Shown piece by piece: positions 63,460 through 64,000 of a stretch of DNA of 64,000 nt; positions within the stretch are counted from its first letter, which is position 1; each line of letters begins with the position of its first letter. A program made the position numbers and the translations under genes. Origin of the DNA: Glycera tridactyla (taxonomy: Eukaryota). A model generated the notes under the pieces. The model was not told the origin of the DNA. It saw nothing but the letters and a program-made list of their open reading frames with translations, and did no database searches. The DNA is taken from the NCBI GenBank assembly GCA_965644265.1, contig OZ286477.1, positions 27,156,001 through 27,220,000 on the forward strand. The letters are read 5' to 3'.

Positions 63460-63692
63460 GTGGCAGTTGTGGTAGTGGTAGAAGTGAAAGATGTAATANN
63501 NNNNNNNNNNNNNNNNNNNNNNNNNNNNNNNNNNNNNNNNNNNNNNNNNNNNNNNNNNNNNNNNNNNNNNNNNNNNNNNNNNNNNNNNNNNNNNNNNNNN
63601 NNNNNNNNNNNNNNNNNNNNNNNNNNNNNNNNAGTGATATTAGGAGCAGTTGTAGGGTGGTGCTGGTATGAGAATACTTTGTGATAGCAGAG

Positions 63693-63731
<39 letters not shown>

Positions 63732-63785
63732 ATAGTAGTAATAGTAGTAGTAATAGTAGTAATAGTAGTAGTAGTAATAGTAGTG
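63460..63785 (+). repeat. (TAG/GTA)n microsatellite with gap at 63499-63632
   Basis: Directly visible. It explains the poly-Tyr and poly-Thr ORFs. Confidence 0.95.
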
Positions 63786-64000
63786 CAGGACATTCACAAT
63801 AATTGCCTATGAATATAGTATTACGGAGCTCTAAAAATAATAATGGTGATATGACACTGACTAATGGGGGCTGAGGTTATAGCCTTTGCAGGAGAACCAA
63901 GGTTATAAAGACTTGCACCATTTGTCATGCTTTCCATAATGTTGTTTACCACTGGGAGCGTTCGAATGAGGCACGGATGAGCTGCAGAATAAACAATGCA

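Noticed and set aside
11000-63797. Long ORFs in the supplied track containing X runs or poly-H, T, Y, I or HPSI tracts (for example 11000-11698, 18161-18766, 27148-27726, 47950-48612, 63069-63797)
   Set aside because: They read through N-gaps or CA/TCCA/ATG/TAG/TA microsatellites that lack stop codons. They have no protein-like complexity.
1-64000. tRNA, tRNA-derived SINE heads, rRNA, snRNA, histone stem-loop, telomeric arrays or mitochondrial insertions
   Set aside because: No convincing A/B boxes, cloverleaf or diagnostic sequence was seen by eye. tRNAscan-SE or Infernal would be needed to exclude diverged copies.

Overview
Eukaryotic, AT-rich, non-coding DNA, probably from an invertebrate animal (inference from splice-type signals, vertebrate-like TF motifs and the TE content), taken from a gapped draft assembly with 8 N-gaps, most of them bordered by simple repeats. 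I cannot identify any intact protein-coding gene, tRNA, rRNA, snRNA, CRISPR array or prokaryotic feature, and the long ORFs in the track come from microsatellites, tandem repeats or N-gaps. The window holds: (i) many eroded retroelement relics (LINE endonuclease/RT/C-terminal motifs and one Gypsy-like pol fragment), assigned by eye from motif-level similarity; (ii) two related families of short non-autonomous DNA transposons (MITEs) with CAG(A/T)G(A/G)TGCCAA-type termini; (iii) a range of tandem repeats, including a 3.3-kb hierarchical satellite with a 1,059-bp higher-order duplication and arrays built from MITE ends; (iv) several CpG-rich clusters of promoter-type motifs and a few strong but orphan splice-site pairs. 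The most unusual structure is the pair of minisatellites at 50.7 kb and 54.7 kb built from one MITE family's terminus; the first looks like head-to-tail miniature elements.
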